From Octopus vulgaris (taxonomy: Eukaryota), in assembly GCA_951406725.2 (NCBI GenBank), contig OX597817.1, positions 75,640,001-75,704,000 on the forward strand: a DNA stretch of 64,000 nt, in the 5' to 3' direction. A program made the translations under genes and the position numbers. Below, one piece after another: positions 1 to 13,650 of the stretch (position 1 is its first letter; the number at the start of each line of letters is the position of its first letter). Under the pieces are notes generated by a model. It made no database searches. It had not been told where the DNA came from and was given only the letters and a program-made list of their open reading frames with translations.

Positions 1-273
1 AACCAATACCAGTAGCGGAGAACACAAAGCACAAACACTAAGATATATACACACCACATAGACGCTCATAGCGATATATATATACATAGATATACACACA
101 GATATACACACATACACATATATACGCATGCTTTTTTTAAATTTCCCTTTACGAAATCCACTCACAATGCTTTGGTCGGAATGAGGTTATAGTAGAAGAC
201 ATTGCCCAAGGTGCAACGCAGTGAGACTGAACCCAAGATCACATGCTTGTGAATCAAGCTTCTTAACTACACA
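1..273 (-). mobile_element. SINE family A, degenerate copy
   Basis: Reverse complement matches the tRNA-like head and 'ccttgggcaa..gtcttctactata' core of the intact copy at 17929-18350. Confidence 0.75.
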
Positions 274-835
274 CACACACACACACACAGGTACACACAC
301 ACACGCACGCACGCACGCATACCCCCCTACACACGCAAAAACAAAATGAAATCAATGAAAATAGCTGAACACTTGTATATTATGGATTGCACTCACTGAT
401 TGAAAGAATGAGCTGTACGTAGCCATAGAACCTATTAACATCCGAATTAATCGATCGGTTGAAAATTTAACATTTTTAGTCACGGAATAGCGCAGTGTTG
501 TATGTATGGAACTCGATGGCATTTCGATTTCATTAGACATAAAATTCGAAATTTAAATCATGAACCGAGTACGTTATACGATTCTGTAGTGATTTCTTCT
601 GGATGGATATTAGAAAAGATACAATTACGTAACGAGATGTTTAAAATAATGGTAGTGTTGCACTGCTAGTAGAAAGTAAGATAAAAATAAAACAAACCAA
701 AACACATAAGTAAAAAATGTTATGGAGGCATTCCAAATGGGATTTATTGTAAAAGACGTAATAAAAATCATACTGGAAATCTGACATTGCTATAAACACC
801 AGATTACATCGAGAAAGGAAGATATATAAAAATAA

Positions 836-927
<92 letters not shown>

Positions 928-1158
928 CTTCTTGATAATCTGTGTGTGTGTGTGTGTGTGTGTGTACATATATATGTTTATATAGTATGTTTTGAGTAAA
1001 AGTCAGGAAATGACAATGTAATGAAATAATAGGATACATTTATTTGAACAAATAGCAATAGGGCGAAAGAGGAAAGTTTCATTGTTCGAGAGATTATATG
1101 TAGCAGATATTATATAAAGTCACACAAAGTGCATCTGATAGAAATGGAAAAACCAAAC

Positions 1159-1242
<84 letters not shown>

Positions 1243-1334
1243 TATGTAAATATGTTATGGAATTAAGAAAGATCTATCAAGAGATATTTGTTGTTTATAG
1301 ATAATGACAAGGTCTATTTTTCAGGAAGTTTTCG

Positions 1335-1760
1335 TTACGACATCTAAATCGGGGTTACTTTATAGATAACTTCATACATAGTAAGCCTTCCCTTTCGGGC
1401 GAGCCATACATATATACATGTGCACTTACATAAATACATAGACATGTATATGTGTGTGTATGTATGTATACCTACCTACCTACCTACTTACCTACCTACC
1501 TACCTACCTACCTACCTACCTACCTACCTACCTACCTACCTACCTACCTACCTACCTACCTACCTACCTACCTACCTACCTACCTACCTACCTACCTACC
1601 TACCTACCTACCTACCTACCTACCTACCTACCTACCTACCTACCTACCTAACTACCTACCTACCTACCTTCCTACCTACCTACCTACCTACCTACCTACA
1701 TATCTACCTACCTACCTACCTACCTACCTACCTACCTACATACATACATACATACATACA

Positions 1761-1796
<36 letters not shown>

Positions 1797-2029
1797 TATG
1801 TATCTGTATATATAAGTATATATATGTATATATATAGAGCAATAAGAAAATGGAGGGGATCAATAGGTGGTATTCATCAACTTTTAGTCATTATATTATG
1901 TCAATGTATTTACTTATTTACTAAAATGACAATTACAACAATATACATACATGTATAACATATTATGCTTTACATATATAATATATAAAGATACCAGTAA
2001 TAATTAAATATGTAAATATGTAAATATGC

Positions 2030-2066
<37 letters not shown>

Positions 2067-2084
2067 AATATTTGTTGTGCAAAA

Positions 2085-2128
<44 letters not shown>

Positions 2129-2272
2129 AATATGTATATATATATGTTAAATTGTATATATATATGTATTTCGGAATGGTCATTTTGCCAGTTTAGCCAA
2201 TAAAAACACACGCACTATATATTTGGTGTTACTTTAACACCTATTGATCCCCTCCATTTTCTTATTGCTCTC

Positions 2273-2360
<88 letters not shown>

Positions 2361-2637
2361 TGTATGTATGTATGTATGTATTTTTGTATGTATGTATGTA
2401 TGTATGTATGTATGTATGTATGTATGTATGTATGTATGTTTGTTTGTATGTATGCATGTATGTATGCATGTATGTATGTATGTAGGTAGGTAGGTAGGTA
2501 TGTATACATATATACACACATATACATGTATATGTATTTATGCAAGTGCTCACTTATATATGTATGGCTCGCCCGAAAGGGAAGGCTTACTATGTATGAA
2601 GTTATCTATAAAGTAACCCCGATTTAGATGTCGTAAC
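1335..2637. repeat. Inverted duplication (arms ~1335-1869 and ~2238-2637) including microsatellites
   Basis: gttacgacatctaaatcggggttac...gagccatac and gagcaataagaaaatggaggggatcaataggtg recur as exact reverse complements; the internal microsatellites differ in length between arms. Confidence 0.9.
1468..1790. repeat. (TACC)n then (TACA)n microsatellite
   Basis: Direct reading; source of the PTYL/TYIH pseudo-ORFs. Confidence 0.98.
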
Positions 2638-3231
2638 ACTAGCACACACAACATGTGACAGAAGAGGACCCCATAAACTGGTTACAATATAAACAAAACC
2701 GAAAACATAATGATTAAAATACAAAGATGAATAAACAAATAGAAATAAATAGCTATATAGGTTTTTTTAAATTTAAAAGATTTTAAAATTTAAAAAAAAT
2801 TTCTTTTTTTAATTAAAAAATTCTTTTTTAATTTTTAAAAAAAATTTTAATTTTTAAATTAAAAAAAATGTTTTATTATTATTATTATTGTTATTACTAG
2901 TATTGTTGTTATACATAATACATAAATACATACATACAAGCATACGTAATAATAATAATAATAATAATGATAATAATAATAGTAAGTGGATGTAAACATG
3001 AACAAAATAAAAAAAGAATAAACAAAAACAAAAACAAAAACAAATTACACGAACGTATGTAAACAGAAGATACAAATATTACAGGCATCCCCCCCCCACA
3101 CATACACACTAACTAAACATAGACGCACGTAGAGATACACGCATGCGCAAATGAAGACACGTACAATAGAAATACAAAATGGCTGACGGTTAGTAAAGAG
3201 AGACACAAATAAGAAAGAAGAAAACAAAGGA

Positions 3232-3271
3232 CCACTGATGCGGTCACAGGAGTGTGACGAAAGAACTCTGG
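3232..3271 (+). ncRNA. Minimal type-I hammerhead ribozyme motif with a variant core
   Basis: cca-CTGATGC-g-gtcac(aggagt)gtgac-GAAA-gaac-TC-tgg: stems I and II pair; A9 is replaced by C. Confidence 0.6.
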
Positions 3272-3363
3272 CCGAAATAAGATTTTATTGGCTAAACTGG
3301 AAAAATGACCATTCCGAAATACAACAATATATATACATATTTACATGTATGTATATACATATT

Positions 3364-3403
<40 letters not shown>

Positions 3404-3408
<5 letters not shown>

Positions 3409-4070
3409 ATAATTAAGGGTAAAATCAATTAGTTATTAATTAATTTCACCAAGTAGTGTTCAGTATGTAAAAGGACCATTTAAGGCGTATTCAAAATATT
3501 ACGTTATATAATTAGGGCTTAGTAAAATAAATAGCTAAAACACTTTTTGGCTGCTATTTCTAAAAATGTCAGTATGTGGCAAAGTAATTTATTTTACTAA
3601 GCCCTAATTATATAACGTAATATTTTGAATACGCCTTAAATGGTCCTTTTACATACTGAACACTACTTGGTGAAATTAATTAATAACTAATTGATTTTAC
3701 TTTTAATTATTGATAATATAATTCCTTTCTCCCTGTTCTGTTACTACGGTTCTCACCGTTATAGTATGTTTACTAGATAACTCACGTGGGTGGAAGAGGA
3801 AAGAACATGAATCTTCGCTTGTACATTTTGAATTTGCTAGTACTGGCAGTTTGAAGATGTTTGTCTGAGGTGATTCATTATCGGACGGGTATGTTCATTT
3901 TTTTAGTGCTTTCAAATCCAAAATTAAGAAATGTTGAGCTGACGAAAGAAATGCTGAGTTTTATTTCGGCTAATCTAGAAACGTGAGTGTTCTCAAATGA
4001 TCTTTGTACATGTGATATTTTACTGTTTTCCCTCTATATCTTCGTGAGGTATTTTTGAGTAAACATTATT
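3404..4070 (+). mobile_element. Non-autonomous HHR-bearing (Penelope pLTR/retrozyme-like) element with a ~129-bp inverted repeat
   Basis: Arms 3404-3532 and 3587-3715 are near-perfect reverse complements; HHR at 3934-3996; homologous blocks at 18694-19282; starts in (TA)n. Confidence 0.7.
3934..3996 (+). ncRNA. Type-I hammerhead ribozyme motif
   Basis: ttgag-CTGACGA-(extended stem II with gctgag/ttcggc)-GAAA-cgtgagtg-TT-ctcaa. Confidence 0.7.
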
Positions 4071-4071
4071 A

Positions 4072-4116
4072 GATAACGGGGACGTAAACACAACACCACC
4101 GGTGTCAAGCGAATGT

Positions 4117-4193
<77 letters not shown>

Positions 4194-4322
4194 ATATACG
4201 ACAAGCTGCTTTCAGTTTCTATGTACCAAATCCACTCAGAAGACTTTGGTTATCCTGAGGCTATAGTAGGAGACTCATGCCCAAGGTATTTCGTAGCCCC
4301 TTACCACACATCCACACACCTA
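4072..4322 (-). mobile_element. SINE family A, partial
   Basis: Homology to 17929-18350 around an internal (CA)n tract. Confidence 0.75.
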
Positions 4323-4440
4323 TGTACATGTAAGAGAATTAAGATTTAATATATTGCACTAAATCTTTCTGTTGCTTGGAACCTGACGCTTTCCATCTCA
4401 TCGCTACTCCCAGTTCTTCCTTTTTGCTTAAGAAAGATTT

Positions 4441-4496
<56 letters not shown>

Positions 4497-4969
4497 TGTT
4501 AATGCGTCGCCTATATGTTTGTTTACAAAATGTTCTCACATACCAAACGTTATTATTAGCATTAGAATTTATCGCCAGAGGTTTTTTTCGTTACCTTAGC
4601 GATGCACACACGTGAAGAATGTTATATAAAGATGGTACGCCATTGCAAAATTCGAACACACACGCACACACACATACACACACAAACACACACAAAGGCA
4701 CGCACATACATGCGTTGATGTATGCTACAATGCTTTATATTTTCCTAAATATACCATTGGATAAATAAAACAAATTCAATATTTGGTTTATATTTGAGCA
4801 AATGCTAAGTACCTTCATGTGTGAGCTTTGTACTTTCATATTTTGAAACATAAGAAACGTGTGCACACAAACTATACTCATATACACATAGATACACATA
4901 CATACATAAAGACATACATAATACATACATACGTACATACATACATACATACATGCATGCATGCATACA

Positions 4970-4999
<30 letters not shown>

Positions 5000-5000
<1 letters not shown>

Positions 5001-5375
5001 CTCTTTACCTTTTACTTGTTTCAGTCATGTGACTGTGGTCGTGCTGGAGCACCGCCTTTAGTCGAGCAAATTGGGGCGACAAACACAGAAACACAAACAT
5101 ACTCACACATATACACATATACATATATACGACGGGCTTCTTTCAGTGTCCGTCTACCAAATCCACTCACAAGGCTATGGTAGAAGACACTTGCCCAAGG
5201 TATCACGCAGTGGGACTGAACCCGGAACCATGTGGTACCAAATCCACTCACAAGGCTTTGGTCAGCCTGAGGCTATAGTAGATGACACTTGCCCAAGGTG
5301 CCACGCAGTGGGACTAGACCCGGAATCATGTGACTGGTAAGCAAGCTACTTACCACACAGCCACTCCTTCGCCTA
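5000..5375 (-). mobile_element. SINE family A with internal deletion and a duplicated head segment
   Basis: The accaaatccactcacaaggc...cgcagtgggact block occurs twice (~5157 and ~5237). Confidence 0.85.
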
Positions 5376-6390
5376 CATACATACTATAGAATTCGGTTTC
5401 TTAGAAAAACAGAGGTGACATCGGAAAAATGCATTACAGTAGTGTTTGTAGAAAAGTTGATTCGCTGTGAGGAAAGAAAGACTAATATATCAAGCACTGG
5501 CCTCGAAATATAGACTATACAAAAATGAGTACAAATTTTCCAATGAAAGATTGAATACATTTCATTTGTTAAGTTTATCTTTAAAGATTTTCTGTAGAAA
5601 ACATAGCCAGCACAAATTTTTGTTACGTTTCGTATCCAAGATAACTTTAACAAGTGATGTAAAGAGCACTGCTAACGCAGTCGAACGCAGTATTGACTCT
5701 TAAAATGTTTAATATATTTTAGAGTATTCCAGACGAGACCACCCTGTCTTCCAAAGGTTCGACTACGTCATTAAATGTGTCCGAACTTGTGTTATTTGAG
5801 TGTAATTCGGTTGATATTTCTAAAATGTCAAGTGGCAACGTATTGTTTCGTTCGGTGAAGTTTAATAAGCTAAACGAAAATAAAGAGCCTCTTTGCAGTC
5901 ACACAATGCGAGAAATAGTAGCCAGAAAAGAGTCACTTATGAATCTAAGAATAATTGTAGAGAAAAAACATTAAAACTCAGTTTTCAGCGGTCCTCTACT
6001 TATCTATTTCTACGTATGTATATACGTTTGTAGGATATATTTTTTATTTATTGTCTTTTCCTAAAAGGAGGAAACTAGCTTCTCGCAAAGAAACTCTGGC
6101 ACTCATATTTGAATAATATAGAGCTTTAAAAAAGTTTTACTTATCATAACTGGTCCATGTACAAATTTGATCTTTAAAGTGTTTGGGAGCCGTTTCTTTC
6201 TTGTGCTTGAAAATACTAGTTTTTCCAGATTATCGCTTGGACATTTATATAATCGAGTGAACCAATGATTATTGGTGTAAATAAAAAATATATTCAGAGT
6301 TGCACGTTTCCAAACAGTTTTCCATACATATTCTCTTCTTTGTGTATTTTGGAAGAAATGCTTACATCTGCTTACATACATATTTATATA

Positions 6391-6764
6391 GGCGCAGGAG
6401 TGGCTGTGTGGTAAGTAGCTTGTTCAGTCCCACTGCGTGGCACCTTGGGCAAGTGTTTTCTACTATAGCCTCGGGCTGACCAAAGCCTTGTGTGTGGATT
6501 TGGTAGGCGGAAACTGAAAGAAGCCCGTCGCATATATGTATATATATATATATATGCGTGTGTGTGTTTGTGTGTCTGTGTTTCTCCCCCTAGCATTGAC
6601 AACCGATGCTGGTGTGTTTATGTCCCCGTTACTTAGCGGTTCGGCAAAAGAGACCGATAGAATAAGTACTAGGCTTACAAAAGAATAAGTCCCAGGGTCG
6701 AGTCACTAGATTAAAGGCGGTGCTCCAGCATGGCCGCAGTCAAATGACTGAAACAAGTAAAAGA
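6391..6764 (+). mobile_element. SINE family A, near full length
   Basis: ggcgcaggagtggctgtgtggtaag (A box), gttcagtcc (B-box-like), core, internal microsatellite, tail tgactgaaacaagtaaaaga. Confidence 0.9.
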
Positions 6765-6789
6765 AAAATATATATATATATATATAAAC

Positions 6790-6963
6790 TTTTCTCTTTT
6801 ACGTGCTTCAATTATTTGACTGCGGCCATATTGAGGCACCACCTTGAAGGGATTTAGCCGAACAAATCGACCCCAGGACTTACTGTTTGAAGCCTTGTAT
6901 TAAATCTATCGGTCGCTTTTGCCGAACCGGTAGATTACGGGGACGTAAGCACAACACCACCGG
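6790..6963 (-). mobile_element. SINE family A 3' half, tail-to-tail with the previous copy
   Basis: Reverse complement of the SINE A tail. Confidence 0.8.
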
Positions 6964-7178
6964 GACTATGTACTTTATACATCCATCTATGGACTATATA
7001 CGACTTTTCTGTCAGATCTGTTATGTCAAATTTCTGTCAGATCTACTATGTCAGGTCAGTTATATTTGTACATGGATGGGAGAATATTCCACCAATACGC
7101 TTATGTGTGTATGCATATGTGCATGTATCATGTATGTGGTATGTCTGCTTCACTCTGTATTTCTGTATGTGTATATAT

Positions 7179-7244
<66 letters not shown>

Positions 7245-7259
7245 ATATATATATGTATT

Positions 7260-7307
<48 letters not shown>

Positions 7308-7604
7308 AAGAGAGGGAGGGAGAGAGATATAACTGTATAGAATACAATTATAATTAAGGGCACAGAAGCAACCATGTCTATATGCTGAAAATAGACGCCA
7401 AATAAGTCTAGTCACTCAAAATCTTCACTTTACAATATGCACAGATTGAAATCAGGAAAAGTGGAGTGATCAATCATTCATAAAATAATCCAGATAGTTT
7501 TGAATTGATTAATTTCTGGATTAGTTTAACAACTTTACTTTCATCAGCAAAACATACTGAACGAAATAAATGAAAATATTTATACATACCCACAGCAAAG
7601 CACA

Positions 7605-7651
<47 letters not shown>

Positions 7652-8173
7652 CATGTATGTATATATATAATATATATAGATAGATATAAAGATTTATTAA
7701 TAGAATTTCAGATAGTAAACAAAATGCATGCTGATTCTGAGAAACATCTGGTTTATTTCTACTGTTTTTCTTACAGATTAAACTTAGAGAATTAATGTTA
7801 CTTAATCTCTTTCTCTGCCTGCAAAACCCATATTTTAGGTGTTCTTAAACTAGCAGGAGGCGTTCTAAAAGTACTGGATTAGAGTTTGGTTTAAATGGCA
7901 CGATCAAGCAAAATGATCGGACTACTTTACGGTGTCTTGTATAACAGATTTAGTACCACTGCAGGTGTTAGCTTTATTAATATCAGCTATAACTGTTGTG
8001 TACATTTGCATGCATGCATGTATGTATGTATGTATGTATGTATGTATGTATGTATGTATGTATGTATGTATGTATGTATGTATGTATGTATGTATGTATG
8101 TATGTATGTATGCGTCCCTAAAAGCATTAATGCAAGTACACATATATGAGCAAATTACCTATTTATCTATTTA

Positions 8174-9290
8174 TACACCAGGCTGAATAAAACGTAAGCA
8201 ATGTTTTGAAACACAAAATATTTCATCAATGCGGAAATTATATTTATCAAAGTAAGTACCATTATAATCAACACATTTTTGCCAACGACTTACAAGTTTG
8301 TTTATTCCCGTAACATAAAAATCTGGAGTTCTGGAGTTGATGGACTCTGTGAACGCACTTTCAGCATCGGATTGATTTTTGAACCCCTTCTCTCGCAGGA
8401 AACCATCCGGGTGATTGAAAAAGTGGTAGACGGTAGGAGAAAGGTCTGGGGAATAAGCTGGGTGGGGAAGAACTTAGTAACCAAGTTCCTTCAACTTTTG
8501 GAGCGTCATTAGTGAAACGTGTGGTCGAGCATTGTCATGAAGAATGATTGGCCCTCATCTGTTGACCAGTCTGGGATGGAGGAATAGCAGTTTTTCGTTC
8601 ATTTTGGCAATTTCATAGCAATATGTTTCTGCAGTATAGTTTTTCCGTGTTCTAAGAAGTTATAGTAACAGTACACCACCAAACAGTCACCATAACCTTT
8701 TTTTAAAGAGCTGGTATTTAGGGAATGTTTTCGGTGATTCATTTTGGTCCAACCACTGCGAAGAGTATTTTTTTTATAATTGTACAGAATTCACTTTTCA
8801 TTGCAAGTTACAATATGGTCAAGAAATGGATTGGTCTGGTTACAGAGAAGAAGCGACGAGCAAATTTCATATCTACGCATTTTCTGATTTTCATTCAAAT
8901 TATGTAGTACCCATTTATCGAGCTTTTTTTGATTTTCCGAACCCATGCAAATGGTTGCAGGCAGTTTTCTGGCTCACTTGAAGTTCTTTTGTCAGTTCTT
9001 GAATAGTTTTACGACTTTAATTAACCGTCATCGATGACAGATAGGCATCCACAGCGCTCGCAAATCTCAAGACTCAGATCTCCACTGCGAAATCGTTTAA
9101 ACCATTTTCAAGCTGACCACTCACTGGTCATTTCATCAACAAACGTTTCGTTGATATCGCGAGCAGTTTGAGCTGCTTTACGTCCTTTTTTGAAATTGAA
9201 TAGCAAAATTGCTCGAATATTGCGCTTTGACAGTTCCATTTCAGATAATTGTGGAAAAGAACGGTGAAGAAAATATCAATGTTAGTTTAT
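8174..9290 (-). mobile_element. Degenerate mariner transposon (DD34D-type transposase pseudogene ~9239-8243)
   Basis: Minus-strand translation MELSKRNIRAILLFNFKKGRKAAQTARDIN..., HDNARPH (~8520-8540) and C-terminal RWQKCVDYNGTYFD; stops and frameshifts present. Confidence 0.9.
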
Positions 9291-9333
9291 TGATGCATTT
9301 GGGCAAGTCTGTGTCTGTATTATCAGACAATTG

Positions 9334-9381
<48 letters not shown>

Positions 9382-9924
9382 GCATACATACATATGTATA
9401 TATATATATATATATATATACATATGTATGTATGTATGCATGTATATATATATATATATATATATATACATACATGCATACATACATATGTGTGTATATA
9501 TATATATATATTCATATGTGTATATATATGTGTATGAACGCACCTATGCATATACGTGTATATGTCTCTATCTATCTATTTACCTGCCTATCCGTCTACA
9601 CACACAGACAGACAAACAGACACACAGACACGTTTCTTATATGTATATTTAATTCACACGTACGTAAACTACCTTCACATACGTTTATCTAAACAGTTTG
9701 TTCTATGTTTCCAGGTAAAAAAACCCAGCACTATTTAGTCGAAAGATAATGACTTCTAAGTGTTTTAACGAACGTGCTGAGCTTGAGCATAATAAGTGAA
9801 ACTATATAATATATCTTAATACCATCTCGTATAACCTTTGTTAAGACAAGTTAAAGCTGCGATGCAGCTTCAGTTTGAAATCTTTTTATCTGAAATTTAG
9901 CTTTAATTCTCGTATTGCTTTACA

Positions 9925-10352
9925 TGTTTTGCTCATTAGACTGTGGCCATGCTGGAGTACCGCCCTGAAAGGTTTTAATCTATCATCGACTCCAGTACTT
10001 ATTTTAAGTCTCGTACTTATTCTATTAGACTCTTTTTTTGCCGAATTGCGAAGTTACTGGGTTACAAACAAAGCAGCACCGGTAGTGAAGCGGTGAGATA
10101 CAAACAGAAAGACATGCACGTGCACGCACGTATTTACACACATGTGTCCACACAGACACAGACACACACACAATACACACACACATATGTATATATACGA
10201 TGGGCTTCCATACAGTTTCTATCTATGAAATTTACTCATAAGGCATTGACCATTCCGGTGCTATATTAAAAGTTGCCTGCTCAAGACGCCGCGCTGTAGT
10301 ACTGAACTCGAAACCACGTGGTTGCGAAGCGATTTTCATACCCACACAGCCA
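9925..10352 (-). mobile_element. SINE family A, old diverged copy
   Basis: Head, core and tail all alignable by eye. Confidence 0.75.
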
Positions 10353-10949
10353 TTCAATAAAAATTGTTATGTGTACGTACTGTTGACTAAACAACACCTA
10401 ATCTCAAAGAAGTTCTAATTATGGCAACCCCACTTCCCTTTCGGACGAGGCGCATCTAAGACAACATTATTCAAAGGATCTGTTCCTTTGTTAAGGTAGC
10501 ACGGTATGATCTGAGGGAGATCTCGCTGATATTTTCGGTAGACTGAGTAACGACATACAAGTTTCCTTATTGGCTTGAAGAATAGTTTATTTTACAGCAA
10601 TGAAATGAAATTCTGAAATTCCCTTAAACTAGCCTTAACTTACGACACTGCCGTAGTAGAAGAATTAATCTGGAACCGAAAAACTGAAGATACCACCCCA
10701 ACTCAGTCGGCAAAATTGTTCATGGATCCTGGGTGTGGGTGAAAGTCGTCCAGAAAAGGTTGTCTACTCTTGAAGTTCTACATGATGCAAAAATTGTTTG
10801 TCACTAACCGTTTTGCTCAAGTGATAGAGAACAACGAATGCCTAAGAACGTTTCAGATGTTTGGCTCTCAATTAACTGAAGACTGTAAATTCATGAACGA
10901 ATGAGCAACAGAAAATGTGTCTCACTAACGACGACTACACCTATTTCCT

Positions 10950-11440
10950 GTCCTCTGAACTCTTTTCCTATCCACAAGATGCAATCTGGATGATTGCACG
11001 ATTTGTCTATGATTATATCGGAACATGATGGAAATCCGGTCGATACTTGCCTGAGCAGATTTGCTAAGATTTCACAGCTTCTCTCTTATTAGAAATCTCA
11101 ATAGAACCTCAGCGTGACATTCAAGTCATCCACTAGTAGTAACGAGTGGGTTGCTAAGAACTACATTAGATGCTTTGATTTCAACGGTCATACAGCAGTC
11201 GAACATAAATAGCCACTAATCTAAATGTATTGATATCACTGCCGCTGACGCTCAGGATCACCAAATTAGTAGCCAAGTCCAAAAAGATCGCCCGTACCTC
11301 GATATGCAAATAGTACACATTTGAAACAACACTGTCACTCTGCTACTATCGGGCTGACAGCAAGATGCGTATATTTCGTAGTCACTGACAAAATTCGTGA
11401 TCTCTGCAGGAAATCCTGGTTTTGCTGATAGCTGCCGCAT
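10950..11440 (+). pseudogene. Possible highly decayed LTR-retrotransposon pol remnant (RNase H / integrase Zn-finger-like)
   Basis: Translation fragments YIRCFDF...HK*PL and H...ARCVYFVVTDKIRDLCRKSWFC resemble Gypsy TDHKPL and HHCC regions; weak. Confidence 0.3.
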
Positions 11441-12155
11441 ATGAATCCAGTGGTCTTATATGTGTACATTTTTTCTGGGTGAGATGCTTGGTCGATATTT
11501 CTTTAGTCGGTGGAGGTGCTGTTGTAAATTGCCCCTCGAATTGAAACTGCTTTGCATTGAGTTGTATTTGTTGTTGTTCATATTGCTGTTGTTGTTGCTC
11601 CGGTGTCGGTAGCCTTGCTATCTTAGTTAATGCTATGAGCAGAAGGCCTCTGTTGATTGGTGCTACCACATGTGTAGATCGTAGGTTTTCTGTTCTACCC
11701 ATAGAGTTTTGGTTCTTGCTTATAAATTCAGTAAATTCTTTATGACATCTGCCAACCGTCATGCGCACAGTGAAGAGCGAGAGATAAAACAAAGACTTAT
11801 ATATTCATTCTTAATTTGTTCTGTCAGATTCAAACGAAAATATACTAATCGCTGTTGAATTACATAATTGAGAGCCAACGAATCGAGTGTGTTATGAACG
11901 CACATTCGTCTCAGGAGAGCAGTTGTTCTCCAATGACGGTTCAAGTTCGTATCTGTCAGAACATATTAAGAATGTATATGTATGTCATCGTAGATTATAT
12001 ATTATTATAAAAATATAATACATACAACAGAACACCATAGCTTATGAAAAACAAAACAAAAACAAAAGGGAAAACCATCTGTGTGTTCTTAATGATCCCC
12101 AAAGATACTGTTGGGTTGTTTCTTTTGAGGTTGTTATTATCATTACTTGGCATTA

Positions 12156-12654
12156 TCGTAAATCCTCGAGTATATTCCGCCCTTGAGTATAATACGCAGG
12201 GGATTTTTAGGGGGCTGTACCTCTGAAAAACCTAAACCTTGTGTATAATACGCACGCCTTCTCTAACTTGAGTCCTTGGTTTGTAAAAATGTATTCGGTA
12301 ACGTCCTTTATTATTATTGTATATATAACATAATGCAAAAGTGTAACGTTTTTGTGCATTTTATTTGCAGAAAATAAAGAAATAACAGTAATAACAGTAA
12401 TAACGTTTAATAAATGTTGCTTACTGCAAGTTATGGATGATTCTTTTATGACTTCATTGCTTTCAGGCTTAGCTTAAGGCATTTTCGCGCCCGACATCAC
12501 AAAATGCGTCTGAATTTAAATTCCCGGACAGCAAATAGAGTATCGGATATTTCTTAGAAAATAATTTTCATTTTTAACCTCGTATATAGTACGCACTAGG
12601 GATTTTGACCATTAAATTTTGGGAAAAATGCGGATTATACTCGAGGATTTACGG
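12156..12654. mobile_element. MITE, Tc1/mariner-pogo type
   Basis: TIRs (t)cgtaaatcctcgagtata.tccgc and gcggattatactcgaggatttacgg, flanked by TA on both sides; no coding capacity. Confidence 0.88.
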
Positions 12655-12799
12655 TATATTTGTTTTAGTAATTCCTTAATTTCTTTGCTTTTCTTAATCC
12701 TAAATTAGGAACAAAGCTAGGACTTTTGGGGTTGAGGATTGGGTTAATCGATACCGTTGACCCCAGTATTTGACTTTTAACCTATTTTATAGATCTTCT

Positions 12800-13300
12800 T
12801 TTATCTTTTTCTTGTTTCAGTTGCAGGCTGCAGCCATGATCCTGGGGCAGGACCATGAAGGGTTTTTTATCGAATGAATCGACCTCAATAGTTATTATTT
12901 TTATCTTTGTATTTATTCAATCGGTCCCTTTTGCCTAAACGTTCACTTATAGGGAGGCAAACAAAACAACAACGATTATCAAGCGGTGGTGGGGGAAAAT
13001 AAACACGCACATATCTTTTACCTTTCAGTTGTTTCAGTTATTAGACTGCGGCCATGCTGGGACACCACTTGAAGAAATATTGACCAAATTAATCGACCTC
13101 ACTGCTTATTTTCTATTTTAAGCCCGGTCCTTATTATATTGGTTTCTTGCCACACTGCTAAGTTACGCGGTGATAAACACACCGATACCAGTTGTCAAGC
13201 GTGGTAGTGGGGAACAAACATAGACAGAAACACTCACACACACATACATACACACACACACAAGCACCCCACCACAAAAATATAGAACGAGATTCTTTCA
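12800..13300 (-). mobile_element. Two tandem diverged SINE A 3' halves
   Basis: Two copies of the tgtttcagt...ctgcggccatg tail in reverse orientation. Confidence 0.7.
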
Positions 13301-13304
13301 GTTT

Positions 13305-13650
13305 CTTATTTCTTTATTGCCCACAAGGGGCTAAACATAGAGGGGACAAACAAGGATAGACAAACGGATTAAGTCGACCTCGGCAGAATTTGAACTCAGA
13401 ACGTAACGGCAAACGAAGTACCTATTTCTTTACTATCCACAAGAGGCTAAACACAGAGAGGACAAACAAGGACAGACAAACGGATTAAGTCGATTATATC
13501 GACCCTAGTGCGTAACTGGTACTTATTTAATCGGCCCCTAAAGGCTGAAAGGCAAAGTCGACCTCGGCGGAATTTGAACTCAGAACGTAGCGGCAGACGA
13601 AATACCGTTAAGAATCTCACCCGGCGTGCTAACGCTTCTGGCAGCTCGCC
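13305..13650 (-). mobile_element. SINE family B (tRNA head + Deu/Nin-like central domain) with a repeated body and tail
   Basis: Reverse complement of the 38439 copy; the tail occurs twice. Confidence 0.88.

Noticed and set aside
2760-2870. Irregular poly-A/poly-T stretch
   Set aside because: Low complexity and possibly poor-quality consensus; no structure to interpret
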